Below are positions 9,080-19,030 of a stretch of 64,000 nt of DNA, one piece after another (positions within the stretch are counted from its first letter, which is position 1; each line of letters begins with the position of its first letter). Made by a program: the position numbers and the translations under genes. The notes under the pieces are model-generated. The model did not search any database and was not told where the DNA came from. It saw only the letters and a program-made list of their open reading frames with translations. This DNA comes from Spirochaetia bacterium (lineage in GTDB: Bacteria > Spirochaetota > Spirochaetia > SZUA-6 > Bin103): the NCBI GenBank assembly GCA_965208575.1, contig CBDBOV010000004.1, positions 1,312,001-1,376,000 on the forward strand. Reading direction: 5' to 3'.

Positions 9080-9982
9080 TCAGGCCGAGTTGGCGAAGGC
9101 CTCCAGATGTTGGCTTCGGGAGGGGTGGCGCAGGCGGCGCAGGGCCTTCTTCTCGATCTGTCGGATGCGCTCCTTGGTGAGCGAGTAGCGCGAGCCGATC
9201 TCCTTCAGCGACAGCGGCTGCTTGCCGTTGAGGCCGAAGCGGCGCACGATGATGTCCGCTTCCTTCTCGGTGAGGGTGGCCAGCACCTTGTTGATCTGGT
9301 CCTTCAGCGCGCTGTCGTAGGCTTGGTCCTCGGGCGACTGGTACTCGGTGTCGGCCACGAAGTCGCCGATGCTGGAGGCGTCGCGGTCGGTCCCCACCGG
9401 GCTGTCGAGCGACACCAGGTCACGCGAGATGCTGACCAGCGACTCGACGTGCGCCGGGGCCATGTCCACTTCCTTCGCCACCGAGGCGAGGTTGGGCTCC
9501 GCGGAACGGTCGCCCTGCAACTGCTTGCGGGCCTTCTCGATCTGCACCAGCTCGTTGGCGCGGTTCAGCGGCAGGCGGATCATGCGCGACTTCTCGCACA
9601 CCGCCTTGAGGATCGCCTGGCGGATCCACCACACCGCGTAGGAAATGAAGTGGTATCCCTTGGTAACGTCGAAGCGCTCGACGGCGTTCATCAGGCCGAT
9701 GTTGCCCTCGCTGATCAGGTCGATCAGCGGCAGGCCCTGGTTCTGGTACTTCTTGGCGACGTTGACCACGAAGCGCAGGTTGGCCCGTACCAGGTGTTCC
9801 TTGGCGGCTTCATCGCCGTCGCGGGCACGGGTGGCCAGGTCGACTTCCTGCTCGCGGGTGAGCAGCGGTATCCGGTTGATGTCGCGCAGGTACAACGACA
9901 GCACGCTGTCGTCGCCACTGTCCGTGGTGGAGCGCTGCCGGGTGACGGACTTACGCGCACTGGTAGATTTCCTCTGAGGCAT
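9080..9982 (-). CDS. RNA polymerase sigma-70 factor, short (no region 1.1), RpoS/SigA-like
   Basis: LYLRDINRIPLL, NLRFVVNVAKKY, DLISEGNIGL, FISYAVWWIRQAI, LTKERIRQIEKKAL. Confidence 0.93.
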   Translation of the reverse strand: MPQRKSTSARKSVTRQRSTTDSGDDSVLSLYLRDINRIPLLTREQEVDLATRARDGDEAAKEHLVRANLRFVVNVAKKYQNQGLPLIDLISEGNIGLMNAVERFDVTKGYHFISYAVWWIRQAILKAVCEKSRMIRLPLNRANELVQIEKARKQLQGDRSAEPNLASVAKEVDMAPAHVESLVSISRDLVSLDSPVGTDRDASSIGDFVADTEYQSPEDQAYDSALKDQINKVLATLTEKEADIIVRRFGLNGKQPLSLKEIGSRYSLTKERIRQIEKKALRRLRHPSRSQHLEAFANSA

Positions 9983-10015
9983 AGTTCTTTTCTCTTCCTG
10001 TTTCGGAAGTCGTTA

Positions 10016-10032
10016 AGCAATTTCCATGCCAA
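10016..10032 (-). promoter_or_regulatory. Sigma-54 (-24/-12) promoter of the sigma-70 gene
   Basis: Minus strand TTGGCATGGAAATTGCT: GG-N10-GC matching TGGCAC-N5-TTGCW, about 35 nt upstream of the ATG. Confidence 0.75.
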
Positions 10033-10136
10033 CATTCACCGGCCGCTCCGGTGCCACCTATTTATTTACTATATAAAATCTTAACGAATGACGACAGCAG
10101 CCTGCTCAGGTCACCGTGTCTTGTGCGGTGGGTAAC

Positions 10137-10178
10137 AATGACACAGTTGGCAGGCACCTGTCAGCGAACTGTGTCATT
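10137..10178. promoter_or_regulatory. Perfect 12-bp inverted repeat; candidate enhancer/operator or terminator
   Basis: AATGACACAGTT-N18-AACTGTGTCATT. Confidence 0.5.
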
Positions 10179-10239
10179 CTGATCCAGTACCGGTGCGCCC
10201 GCCGGGGAGAATGCGCCCAAAGTACGCCATGACAACGCC

Positions 10240-10938
10240 TCAGGAGCCGATGGCGACCTCTTCACTGGCCGGAACGCGTCCACAACAGAGCGCGTATGGC
10301 AATGCGCTGCCACACACGCAGGGATCGGCCGCCGACGGACGGCGCCCGCGCACGAAGTCCACGGCGATGGTGTTGCCGGGCGGCTCGCTTGGCAGGCGCA
10401 ACAGCGGGAACGGTATCCGCATGTTCATGAACAGTTCGCGCCGCTGCTCGGTGCTCAGACCCTCCAGCACGCCGCGACGCAGCAACTCGGTGAAATGGCC
10501 CCACAACAGGTCGCGCAGCATGTCCGATTCGGCGGGGCCAAGCGGCAGCCGTCCGCCGACGACGACGTAGCGGGAGAGTTGCAGCGAATGGAATGCCCGC
10601 CAGTCGTCCAGAATCCGGTGGTGCTGGCGCGGCATGCCGTAGTCGTTGCTGCAGCGGCGAATGAGGCGCGCCAGCCGCGCCTGCTTGCGGGTCCGCTGCG
10701 CATCCACCCAGCAACGCAGCGCGGCATCGCGGCGGCCCAGGCGCGCACAGGCGAACCCCAGCGCGCGAAGCGCGGCCGCCAGTTCCGAGCGCGCGTCGGC
10801 GGGACACTCGGCCACGGCGGCGGTGAGCAGTTGCAGGGCCTTGCGGTTGCGGTGACGCCGCAGAGCGCGCCTCCCGTTGCGGAACTGTTGCCGCGACAAC
10901 TGTCGCCGCCTCGGCGCCGTCCGGCGTGGCTCTCCCAC
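10240..10938 (-). CDS. Hypothetical protein with TPR-like N-terminus and C-terminal SEC-C motif
   Basis: DPCVCGSALPYALCCG matches the SEC-C zinc motif. Confidence 0.7.
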   Translation of the reverse strand: MGEPRRTAPRRRQLSRQQFRNGRRALRRHRNRKALQLLTAAVAECPADARSELAAALRALGFACARLGRRDAALRCWVDAQRTRKQARLARLIRRCSNDYGMPRQHHRILDDWRAFHSLQLSRYVVVGGRLPLGPAESDMLRDLLWGHFTELLRRGVLEGLSTEQRRELFMNMRIPFPLLRLPSEPPGNTIAVDFVRGRRPSAADPCVCGSALPYALCCGRVPASEEVAIGS

Positions 10939-11005
10939 GCCCCGAAGATACCTAGCTCATCGTCCGCAGGCTACCGCGACCGGCCCCGGCGCGGCGCGGT
11001 TTCGG

Positions 11006-11035
11006 TTGACGCCAATTTCGCCGCGTCCTTATATT
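11006..11035 (+). promoter_or_regulatory. Sigma-70 promoter of groES
   Basis: TTGACG-18 bp-TATATT; SD GGAGG before the ATG. Confidence 0.6.
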
Positions 11036-11093
11036 GCGCGCGAGCCTTACACATCAAATCAACTTCATTTATTGCTCACAGGAGGGTATAGCC

Positions 11094-11357
11094 ATGACCA
11101 TCAAGCCTCTCGGTGATCGCGTACTGGTCAAGGTCGAAGAAGCGGACCAGAAGACGGCCGGCGGTATCTACATTCCGGATACGGCGCAGGAAAAGACCCA
11201 GAACGGGGTCGTTCTGGCGATCGGCGACGACGAGGAGATCACCGTCAAGGTCGACGACAAGATCATCTACGACAAGTACGCGGGCACCACGGTCAAGGTG
11301 GGCGACGAGGAGCAGTTGATCCTCAAGGCCGCGGACATCCTGGCGGTGTTCAGCTAG
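11094..11357 (+). CDS. groES: Co-chaperonin GroES (no adjacent groEL)
   Basis: MTIKPLGDRVLVK...TAGGIYIPDTAQEK...KYAGT. Confidence 0.97.
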   Translation: MTIKPLGDRVLVKVEEADQKTAGGIYIPDTAQEKTQNGVVLAIGDDEEITVKVDDKIIYDKYAGTTVKVGDEEQLILKAADILAVFS

Positions 11358-11393
11358 AGCCCGCTCCCCGTCAAGAAGCTCGTCTTCTTCAAG

Positions 11394-11421
11394 AAGCCCG
11401 TCAATGCGACGGGCTTTTTTT
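11394..11421 (+). terminator. Rho-independent terminator of groES (possibly bidirectional)
   Basis: AAGCCCGTC-AATGC-GACGGGCTT followed by a T-run. Confidence 0.85.
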
Positions 11422-13986
11422 CTGCCCGCCCGACTCGTCCGCTGCCGTCCCCTCGAACCCGAGGAACTCGCGCACCCGGTCCACCAGTTCCGCCCCCGGC
11501 GCGGTTTCCAGGCGTACGTCCGGCAGCGAGCGCAGAAACGCCGCCCCGTAGCTCTTGCGTGCCAGCCGCACGTCGAGGAACAGCACCACGCCGCGGTCGT
11601 CGTGCCGCCGGATCAGGCGGCCGAACCCCTGCCGCACGCGCATCACGGCGCGCGGCAGCGTGAGCGCCAGGAACGGGTCGGCGCCGCTCTGCGCCACCCG
11701 CGCCATCTGTGCCGCGGCCACCGGGTGGCTCGGAACCGAGAACGGCAGGCGGCAGATCACCACCAGGCTGAGCGCTTCGCCCGGCGCGTCGATGCCCTCC
11801 CAGAACGAATCGGTTGCCAGCAGCACGCTCGCGGTGTCGCCGCGGAACCGGTCCAGCAGGCGGTGGCGGTCGTCGTCGCCCTGGCGCAGGACGGTGATGC
11901 CGGCGGCCGCCAGCGGTTCCTGGAGCTGGCGAAACGAACGGTCCAGCATCGCGTACGAGGTGAACAGCACCAACGCCCGCCCGCGGCTGGCGCGCAGCAC
12001 CGCGACCAGGTAGCGGCCGAGCCACGCCTGGTGTTCGGCGGCGGTGGGCTCCGGGGCATCGATCGGGATGCCGGCCAGCGCCTGCTCCCGGTACGCGAAC
12101 GGCGACGGATACTGCTCGGTGAATACCGGCCGCGAGGTGACCTCGGCCAGCCCCACCCGCCCGCACCAGAACCCGAAGTCGCCGGCAACGGTCAGCGTCG
12201 CCGAGGTCAGCACCACGCTCGGATAGCGGTCGAAAATCGCCGCCCGCATCAGCGGCGCCACCTCCACCGGTGTCACCACGAGCCGCGCCGCCGCCGTGCC
12301 GTCGCGGCGGCGGAAACCCTCCACCCAGCGCACGGCGTTGCCCGCCAGTTGGCCATCCGCGCGTGCCGGCACGCTGCCCAGGCGCTCGCACAGCCCGGCG
12401 GCGGCGCGCATGCGGCGCGCCTGAATACGCAGTTCCACCGCATCGGCGTCATCGCGGTCCGCCGGCTCGGCGGCATCCAGCGCCGCCGACACCGCACCGG
12501 CGAGGCTCGCCAGCGTTGCCCCGGTCGCCTCCAGCGTTTCCACCAGGCCGCGGTCGCCCGGCACGTCCAACACCGCCGCCGGTTCGCCGACGAGCTGGCG
12601 CGCGGCGGCGCGCTCCAGCCGGCCGGCCAGGCGGCGCAACTGTTCCACCTGCGCCACTACCGCGCCCAGATCTCGGCCGGCGCCGATGAACCAGTCAGCG
12701 CGGCGCGGCACCAGCCCGTGTTGCCCGCCGAGTCGTCCGCCACGGCTGCCGCCGAGTCGTCCGCCACGGCTGCCGCCGTGGCGGGCGCTGACCAGCCGGC
12801 CGGCAAGTCGTTCCAGCCCGGTGCGCGCGAGCCGCTGCGAAAAGAACGAGGCGGCGTTGCTCTCGATGGCGTGCGCTTCGTCGAACACGATGCGCCGGAA
12901 CCCCGGCAGCACGGCCGCGCTGGCCAGGGCTTCGCGCCCGCCGCCGCCCGCCAGGCGGATCGCCAGGTCGGCGAACAGCAGGTGGTGGTTCACCACCAGC
13001 AGGCGTGCCGCCGCCGCCTCGCGGCGGGCGCGCAGCACGAAGCACGCCTCCCGGTCGGGGCAGCGCAGCGCGTTGCAGGCATCGCCCTCCGAACACACCA
13101 AGTCCCAGGTGGCGCCGGCGGTCGCAAACGGCAGGTCGCTGCGGCTGCCGGTGGGGCTGGCCAGCGACCACTCGTAGATGGCGCGCACCTCGGCGGCGGC
13201 GTGTGGGTCGAGCGCACCCTCCGCGATGGCCGCGGGCAGGCCCTGCGCGTCGGCATGCACCTCGCGCAGGCGGCGCAGACACAGGTAGTTGCCGCGCCCC
13301 TTGACCAGGCAGCTCTTCACGTCGGTGCCGAGCATGCGCTGCACCAGGGGCAGATCCTGCGCCATGAGCTGCTGCTGCAGGTTGATGGTGGCCGTGGACA
13401 CCACCACCCGCTCGTCGTTGGCGTCCGCCCACGCCACCGCCGGTACCAGGTAGGCGAGCGACTTGCCGATGCCGGTGCCCGCCTCGGCCGCCACGATCAC
13501 CTCGTCGTTGAACGCGTCGCATGCCGCCTGCAGGAGCGAGACCTGGCCCGCCCGCTGCTCGAACCCCGGGTGCAGCCGGTGCAGGGCGCCGCCCGCGCGC
13601 AGCGTGGCGGCCAGCGCGCGCGTGTCGAGCGGCCTGCGCTCGCGGCGCGGCGCCGGTTCGGCGACCACGTAGATGCGCGACACCGCATTGTCGACGATGC
13701 AGAACCCCTTGCCCTGGTCGCCCACCCAGCCGGCGACGGCGAGGTCCGCCTCGCTCGGCTGCAGCAGTCCCGAGGGATGGTTGTGAATCAGCAGGTCGGC
13801 GCCGTCGACGTAGGGGGCGAGTACCGGCACTTCGCGGTCGTTGCCGCGCGCGGCGATGGTCACGCTGCGCACCAGGCCGCCGGTATCGCAGTTGCCGACG
13901 CAGAACACCTCGCGGCCATCCGCCTCCGCGATGGCGTCGCGCAGCGTGCCGGCCGCCGCCGGCGTAAACCAGGCGCCGATCTCCAT
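11401..13986 (-). CDS. DinG/YoaA-family ATP-dependent helicase with N-terminal JAB/RadC-like domain
   Basis: HNHPSG...PSEADL JAB motif; EAGTGIGKS, KGRGNYLC, DEAH, TSATL, SFWEGIDAPG, QGFGRLIR. Confidence 0.9.
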   Translation of the reverse strand: MEIGAWFTPAAAGTLRDAIAEADGREVFCVGNCDTGGLVRSVTIAARGNDREVPVLAPYVDGADLLIHNHPSGLLQPSEADLAVAGWVGDQGKGFCIVDNAVSRIYVVAEPAPRRERRPLDTRALAATLRAGGALHRLHPGFEQRAGQVSLLQAACDAFNDEVIVAAEAGTGIGKSLAYLVPAVAWADANDERVVVSTATINLQQQLMAQDLPLVQRMLGTDVKSCLVKGRGNYLCLRRLREVHADAQGLPAAIAEGALDPHAAAEVRAIYEWSLASPTGSRSDLPFATAGATWDLVCSEGDACNALRCPDREACFVLRARREAAAARLLVVNHHLLFADLAIRLAGGGGREALASAAVLPGFRRIVFDEAHAIESNAASFFSQRLARTGLERLAGRLVSARHGGSRGGRLGGSRGGRLGGQHGLVPRRADWFIGAGRDLGAVVAQVEQLRRLAGRLERAAARQLVGEPAAVLDVPGDRGLVETLEATGATLASLAGAVSAALDAAEPADRDDADAVELRIQARRMRAAAGLCERLGSVPARADGQLAGNAVRWVEGFRRRDGTAAARLVVTPVEVAPLMRAAIFDRYPSVVLTSATLTVAGDFGFWCGRVGLAEVTSRPVFTEQYPSPFAYREQALAGIPIDAPEPTAAEHQAWLGRYLVAVLRASRGRALVLFTSYAMLDRSFRQLQEPLAAAGITVLRQGDDDRHRLLDRFRGDTASVLLATDSFWEGIDAPGEALSLVVICRLPFSVPSHPVAAAQMARVAQSGADPFLALTLPRAVMRVRQGFGRLIRRHDDRGVVLFLDVRLARKSYGAAFLRSLPDVRLETAPGAELVDRVREFLGFEGTAADESGGQKKSPSH
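12725..12778. repeat. 24-bp in-frame tandem repeat (GGSRGGRL x2) inside the helicase gene
   Basis: CCGCCGAGTCGTCCGCCACGGCTG twice plus a partial copy. Confidence 0.85.
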
Positions 13987-14167
13987 CGGGCGCCGGTCGC
14001 CGCTCCTTCTCATCCGTCCTGGCTCCTGGCGCGCATCGGGTGCTGGCACTCTATGGCGTGCGCTGGCCATAGACAAGCTCCTACAGAGCGTGGACACACG
14101 GCCGCGCGGACGCACCGGTGTTGACCCGGACGGCGCCGGCATAGTACTCATAGCGCTACATCACAGG

Positions 14168-14340
14168 ATCAGTAGAGGAGCGGCCTCCAGGAGTAGGCCC
14201 GGCGGATGGTTGGATGCTAGGTCGCCGGGAGCGCCGAAAGGGGCGGGCCGCCGAAGCGGATGGCCGCCAACCCGGCCGTCGCTGGTTGCCGGGGCTAAAT
14301 CCCCGGGACTGTCACCCGCTGCGGGTGGAGCGCTCTGAGG
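14168..14340 (+). ncRNA. Lysine riboswitch (L-box)
   Basis: Conserved elements in order: AGAGGAGCG, AGTA, GAAAGG, CGCCGAAG, CTGG, ACTGTC, GGAGCGCT; directly upstream of asd-lysC-lysA. Confidence 0.9.
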
Positions 14341-14419
14341 CCTGTCTCCGGTGTGGCGAGCCCGCCGCGCCTCCCGCCCGCAGCGAACGCACCCACGATC
14401 CGAAAGCGAGGTGCTCAAG

Positions 14420-15538
14420 ATGGCACGTATTCCGGTTGCCGTGGTCGGCGCCACCGGCATGGTGGGACAACGCATAATCGCCATGCTCGACGGTCATCCC
14501 CAATTCGAACTGCGCGAGGTCGCCTCCTCGGCACGCACCGCGGGCAAGCGATACGGCTCCGCCGCCACCTGGCGCGTGCCGGCGGCGATGCCGGACGGAG
14601 TGGGCGGCATGAGGCTCAAGGAAGGCGGCAGCCGGCTCGACAGCGGCGTCGTTTTTTCCGCCATGCCGGGCGGGCCGGCGACCGCCATCGAGCGCGCCTA
14701 CGCCGCCGCCGGCAAGGTCGTGGTGAGCAACTCCAGCAGCTACCGGATGGACCCCCGTGTGCCGCTGGTGATTCCGGAGGTCAACGCCGATCACCTGCAA
14801 CTGGTGCGCAGCCAGGGAACGCCGGGCGGGATCGTCACCAACTGCAACTGCGCCGCCATGTTTCTGACCATGGTGCTGGCCCCGCTGCACCGCCGCTACG
14901 GCGTCGAGGCGGTGCAGGTCACCACCATGCAGGCGGTGTCCGGCGCCGGCTATCCCGGTGTCGCCAGCCTCGACATCCTCGGCAACGTGTTTCCGCTGCC
15001 GGGCGAAGAGGAAAAGATCGAACGCGAGACCCAGAAGATGCTCGGCTCCGTGGCCGGCGGCGTGGTCACCCCGGCGTCGTTCCCGGTGAGCGCGCAGTGC
15101 CAGCGGGTGCCGGTCGAGGACGGCCACACCGAGACCGTGTCGGTGCGCCTGTCCGGCAACCCGGATGCCGGCGACGTCGCGGCCGCGCTGCGCGACTTCC
15201 GCGCCATGCCGCAGGTACAGGGGCTGTACAGTGCCCCGCCGCGCCCCATCGAGGTGTTCGAACAGGAGGACCGCCCGCAGCCGCGGCTGGATGCCAACCG
15301 GCACGGCGGCATGGCCGCATCGGTGGGCCGCATCCGCGCCTGCCCGGTGTTCACGGTGAAGATGCTCGTGCTCGGGCACAACCTGATGCGCGGCGCCGCC
15401 GCGGCCGCCATGCTGAACGCCGAGGCGATGCTGGCCATGGACCTGCTGCCTCCGCGGCCGGCGGCGGCCACGACATCCCATGCGGAGGCCACGGAGGCCG
15501 GCGTCGGGGCCGCCATGCAGGTGCCGGCGAACGCATGA
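14420..15538 (+). CDS. asd: Aspartate-semialdehyde dehydrogenase
   Basis: VVGATGMVGQR, NSSSYRMDPRVPLVIPEVN, NCNC, MQAVSGAG, HNLMRGAA. Confidence 0.95.
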   Translation: MARIPVAVVGATGMVGQRIIAMLDGHPQFELREVASSARTAGKRYGSAATWRVPAAMPDGVGGMRLKEGGSRLDSGVVFSAMPGGPATAIERAYAAAGKVVVSNSSSYRMDPRVPLVIPEVNADHLQLVRSQGTPGGIVTNCNCAAMFLTMVLAPLHRRYGVEAVQVTTMQAVSGAGYPGVASLDILGNVFPLPGEEEKIERETQKMLGSVAGGVVTPASFPVSAQCQRVPVEDGHTETVSVRLSGNPDAGDVAAALRDFRAMPQVQGLYSAPPRPIEVFEQEDRPQPRLDANRHGGMAASVGRIRACPVFTVKMLVLGHNLMRGAAAAAMLNAEAMLAMDLLPPRPAAATTSHAEATEAGVGAAMQVPANA

Positions 15539-16884
15539 CCGTGATGAAGTTCGGAGGCTCCTCGCTGGCAACGGCGGAGCTTCTGGACCACGCCATCGGG
15601 ATCGCCGCCGGCGCGCTGGCGGACGGCGTCGTGCTGGTGGCTTCCGCCATGGGCGACACCACCGACCGGCTGCAACAGATCGCCAGCCTTGCCGGGGAGG
15701 GCGAGCGGGACGCCGCCGGCCAGGAGGTCGCGCGCCTGGAACGGGAGCACCGCCGGACTGCCCGTGAGTTGCTGGGGGGCACCGCCGCCGGCGCCACCGC
15801 GGAGGACCAGCTCGGCGAGCTGTTCGGCGAGTTGCGCGCCATCGTGACCGGCATGGGGCTGCTGCGCCAGTGGACGCCGCGCAGCAACGACGCCGTGCTT
15901 GGCTTCGGGGAGCGCGCGGTCACCGTGCTGCTGGCCGCACGCGCGCGGAAGCGCGGCATCGACGCCCGCCTGCTCGACAGCCGTGAGCTCATCGTGAGCG
16001 ACGACCGGTTCATGCAGGCCAAAGTCCGCCAGCCGGAGACCGCCGAGCGCATCCGCCGCCGCGGCCGGCCCGCAGCCGGGCAGATGCTGGTCGCGCAGGG
16101 CTTCATCGCCGCCACCGGGGATGGCATCGACACCACCCTCGGGCGCGGCGGCTCCGACTATACGGCCACCCTGTTCGGTGCCGCCCTCGGGGCAACCGAG
16201 GTGACGATCTGGACCGACGTTACCGGCATCATGAGCAGCGACCCCCGCCTGGTGCCGGCGGCGCGCACGCAGCCGTGTATCAGTTACCGGGAGGCGGCCG
16301 AGATGGCCTACTTCGGCGCCCGCGTCATTCACCCCGCCACCATTCAGCCGGCGGTACGGGGCGGCGTCCCGGTTTCGGTACGGAACTCGTGCGAGCCGGA
16401 GGAGGCGGGCACGCGTATCGCAGCCGACGCCGCACCCGGCGTCAAGGCGATCGCCTGCAAGCGCGGCATCACCCTGATCAACGTCACCTCGTCGCGGATG
16501 CTGCTGGCGTACGGATTCCTGCGCCGCATCTTCGAGATCTTCGAACATCACCGCACGCCGGTGGACCTGGTCGCCACCTCCGAGGTGTCGGTATCGATGA
16601 CCATCGACGACGCCGCCCACCTGGATGCCATCGCCGCCGATCTCGCCGAAGTCGGCGCGGTCAACATCGACCGCGACGCCAGCCTGGTGTCGATCGTGGG
16701 CCAGGACCTGTGGGCGCAGCCCGGCTTTCTCGGCACCGCCGTCAGCGCGCTCGACGGAGTGCCGCTGAAGATGATGTGCCTGGGGTCCTCCGACATCAAC
16801 CTTTCGCTGGTGGTGGCCGATGCCGCCACCGAGACCGCGGTGCGGTCCTTGCACCGCCGCTTTTTCGAGGCCTCACCATGCTGA
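15535..16884 (+). CDS. lysC: Aspartate kinase
   Basis: MKFGGSS, TTLGRGGSDYTA, IWTDV, ACT domains; ATGA overlap with asd. Confidence 0.95.
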   Translation: MTVMKFGGSSLATAELLDHAIGIAAGALADGVVLVASAMGDTTDRLQQIASLAGEGERDAAGQEVARLEREHRRTARELLGGTAAGATAEDQLGELFGELRAIVTGMGLLRQWTPRSNDAVLGFGERAVTVLLAARARKRGIDARLLDSRELIVSDDRFMQAKVRQPETAERIRRRGRPAAGQMLVAQGFIAATGDGIDTTLGRGGSDYTATLFGAALGATEVTIWTDVTGIMSSDPRLVPAARTQPCISYREAAEMAYFGARVIHPATIQPAVRGGVPVSVRNSCEPEEAGTRIAADAAPGVKAIACKRGITLINVTSSRMLLAYGFLRRIFEIFEHHRTPVDLVATSEVSVSMTIDDAAHLDAIAADLAEVGAVNIDRDASLVSIVGQDLWAQPGFLGTAVSALDGVPLKMMCLGSSDINLSLVVADAATETAVRSLHRRFFEASPC

Positions 16885-18125
16885 ACCTGGGCGGCGTTTC
16901 CGCCGCATCGCTGGCGGAACGCTACGGCACGCCGCTGTACGTATACGAGGCGGGCCGCATTCGGGACGCGTACGCGACCCTGCAGCGCGCCTTCGACGTG
17001 CCTGACCTGCGCATTCACTTCGCCACCAAGGCGAATTCCAACCCCTGGATCCTGCGCATCCTGGCGCACGCCGGCGCCTGGGCGGATGTCGTTTCGCCGG
17101 GAGAAATCCTCATGGCGCGCACCGCCGGCTTCCCGGCGCGGCGCCTGCTGTACAACGGCAACTCCGCCTCCGACGCCGAGCTGCGCGAGGCGGTCGAGCA
17201 GCGCGTGCGCATCAACGTGGAGTCGCTGTCGCAACTGCGCCGCCTCGGCACGGTGGCGCCGGGAGTGGCGGTCAGCATCCGCTTCAACATCTACGTCGGC
17301 GGCGGCCACCACTCGCACGTGATCACCGGCGGCCCGGAGAGCAAGTTCGGCATCGACTGGGAGCTGGCGGACGAGGCGCGCGCGCTCGCCGGGCAGGGCC
17401 GGCTGCGCATCGCCGGCGTACACTGCCACATCGGCTCCGGAGTGCTGCAGGCGGAGCGGTTCGTGGAGGCGGTGACCAACCTGCTCACGGTGGCGCGCCG
17501 CTTCCCGGACCTGGAGACGGTGAACTTCGGCGGCGGCATCGGTATCCCCTACCGGCGCGGCGACCGGGAGCTGGCCGTCGACCGCCTCGGCGCGCTGCTG
17601 ACCGCGGAGTACGACCGATTCTGCGCCGCCTACGGCGCCCGGCCCGCCCTGTGCCTGGAGCCGGGGCGGTTCCTGGTGGCACGCTCGGGCACCCTGCTGT
17701 GCCGGGTGACGGCGGTGAACCAGGCGCGCAAGTACCTGTTCGCCGGCACCGACAGCGGCTTCAACCACCTGGTCCGGCCGGCCATGTACGGCTCCTACCA
17801 CCACGTGGAGCCGGTCGAGCCGCGCTCCGGGGAGCCGCGCGAGACGGTGCTGACCGGCAACATCTGCGAATCGGGAGACGTGTTCACGCGTGACGAAGAG
17901 GGCATCGTGCCGCGCGCCCTTGCGCCGCTCGAGGAGGGCGACCTGGTAGCGATCCGGGACACCGGCGCGTACGGCTTTGCCATGGCCTCGCGCTACAATT
18001 CGTTCCCCCTGCCGGCCGAGGTGCTGGTCGAGGACGGCGCCGACACCCTGATCCGGCGCCGCGACACGCTGCCGCAACTGCTCGACAACATCCCCGGCCT
18101 GCCGGATGAAGATGGAGAACGATGA
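16878..18125 (+). CDS. lysA: Diaminopimelate decarboxylase
   Basis: YGTPLYVY, FATKANS, SKFGI, HCHIGSG, EPGRFLV, GNICESGD, GAYG. Confidence 0.95.
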   Translation: MLNLGGVSAASLAERYGTPLYVYEAGRIRDAYATLQRAFDVPDLRIHFATKANSNPWILRILAHAGAWADVVSPGEILMARTAGFPARRLLYNGNSASDAELREAVEQRVRINVESLSQLRRLGTVAPGVAVSIRFNIYVGGGHHSHVITGGPESKFGIDWELADEARALAGQGRLRIAGVHCHIGSGVLQAERFVEAVTNLLTVARRFPDLETVNFGGGIGIPYRRGDRELAVDRLGALLTAEYDRFCAAYGARPALCLEPGRFLVARSGTLLCRVTAVNQARKYLFAGTDSGFNHLVRPAMYGSYHHVEPVEPRSGEPRETVLTGNICESGDVFTRDEEGIVPRALAPLEEGDLVAIRDTGAYGFAMASRYNSFPLPAEVLVEDGADTLIRRRDTLPQLLDNIPGLPDEDGER

Positions 18126-19030
18126 TGCAGATTCCATTCGTCAAGATGCACGGCATCGGCAACGATTACGTCTACCTGGACCGTGCCTCGCGCCAGCGCG
18201 AACCGGCGTCGCGCCGCCGCGAGCGCGTGGCGGACACGCCCGAGTGCGCCGCGCCCGAGGTGGCGGAGGAACAGTGGCCGGCGCTTGCGCAGGCGATCGC
18301 CGACCGCCACTTCGGCGTCGGCGGCGACGGGCTGGTGCTGATTCTGCGCGGCGACGCCGAGCCGCTGCGCATGCGCATGTTCAACGCGGACGGATCGGAG
18401 GCGGAGATGTGCGGCAACGCAATCCGCTGCGTGGCGCGCTATGCGCGCGACAGCGGCCTGGTGGAGGGCGATCGGTTCAGCATCGAGACCATGCGCCGCG
18501 CGGTCGCCATGGAAATGCTTGGCGACGGGCGCGTGTGCGCCGACATGGGCGCCCCGATGACGCTCGACAACGGCGCCGAGCTCACGCCCGCGCCGCGCTG
18601 CCCCGAGACACTGACCATCGACGGCGTCGAGCGGGAATTCACCCCGGTGAGCATGGGCAATCCCCACGCGGTGGTGTTCGTGGACGATCTCGACTTCGAC
18701 CTGGCGGCGGTCGGCACGCGGTGGGAACACCATCCGCGCTTCCCGCAGCGCACCAACACCGAGTTTGTGGTGCCGCTGGCCCGCGACCGGCTGCGCATGC
18801 GGGTGTGGGAACGCGGCAGTGGAGAAACCCTGGCCTGCGGCACCGGAGCGTGCGCCGCGGCCGTGGCGGCCGTGGTCACCGGACGCGCCGAGCGCCGGGT
18901 CACGCTGCACCTGCGCGGCGGCGACCTGGAGATCCACTGGTCGCCGGACGACAATCACGTATACATGACCGGGCCCGCGGCGTACGTATTCAGCGGCACG
19001 TTCACCTGGCACACGACGGAGCAACCATGA
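18122..19030 (+). CDS. dapF: Diaminopimelate epimerase
   Basis: KMHGIGND, NADGSEAEMCGN, SMGNPH, WERGSGETLACGTGA. Confidence 0.95.
   Translation: MMQIPFVKMHGIGNDYVYLDRASRQREPASRRRERVADTPECAAPEVAEEQWPALAQAIADRHFGVGGDGLVLILRGDAEPLRMRMFNADGSEAEMCGNAIRCVARYARDSGLVEGDRFSIETMRRAVAMEMLGDGRVCADMGAPMTLDNGAELTPAPRCPETLTIDGVEREFTPVSMGNPHAVVFVDDLDFDLAAVGTRWEHHPRFPQRTNTEFVVPLARDRLRMRVWERGSGETLACGTGACAAAVAAVVTGRAERRVTLHLRGGDLEIHWSPDDNHVYMTGPAAYVFSGTFTWHTTEQP

Noticed and set aside
10940-11093. CIRCE operator upstream of groES
   Set aside because: No TTAGCACTC-N9-GAGTGCTAA match was found.
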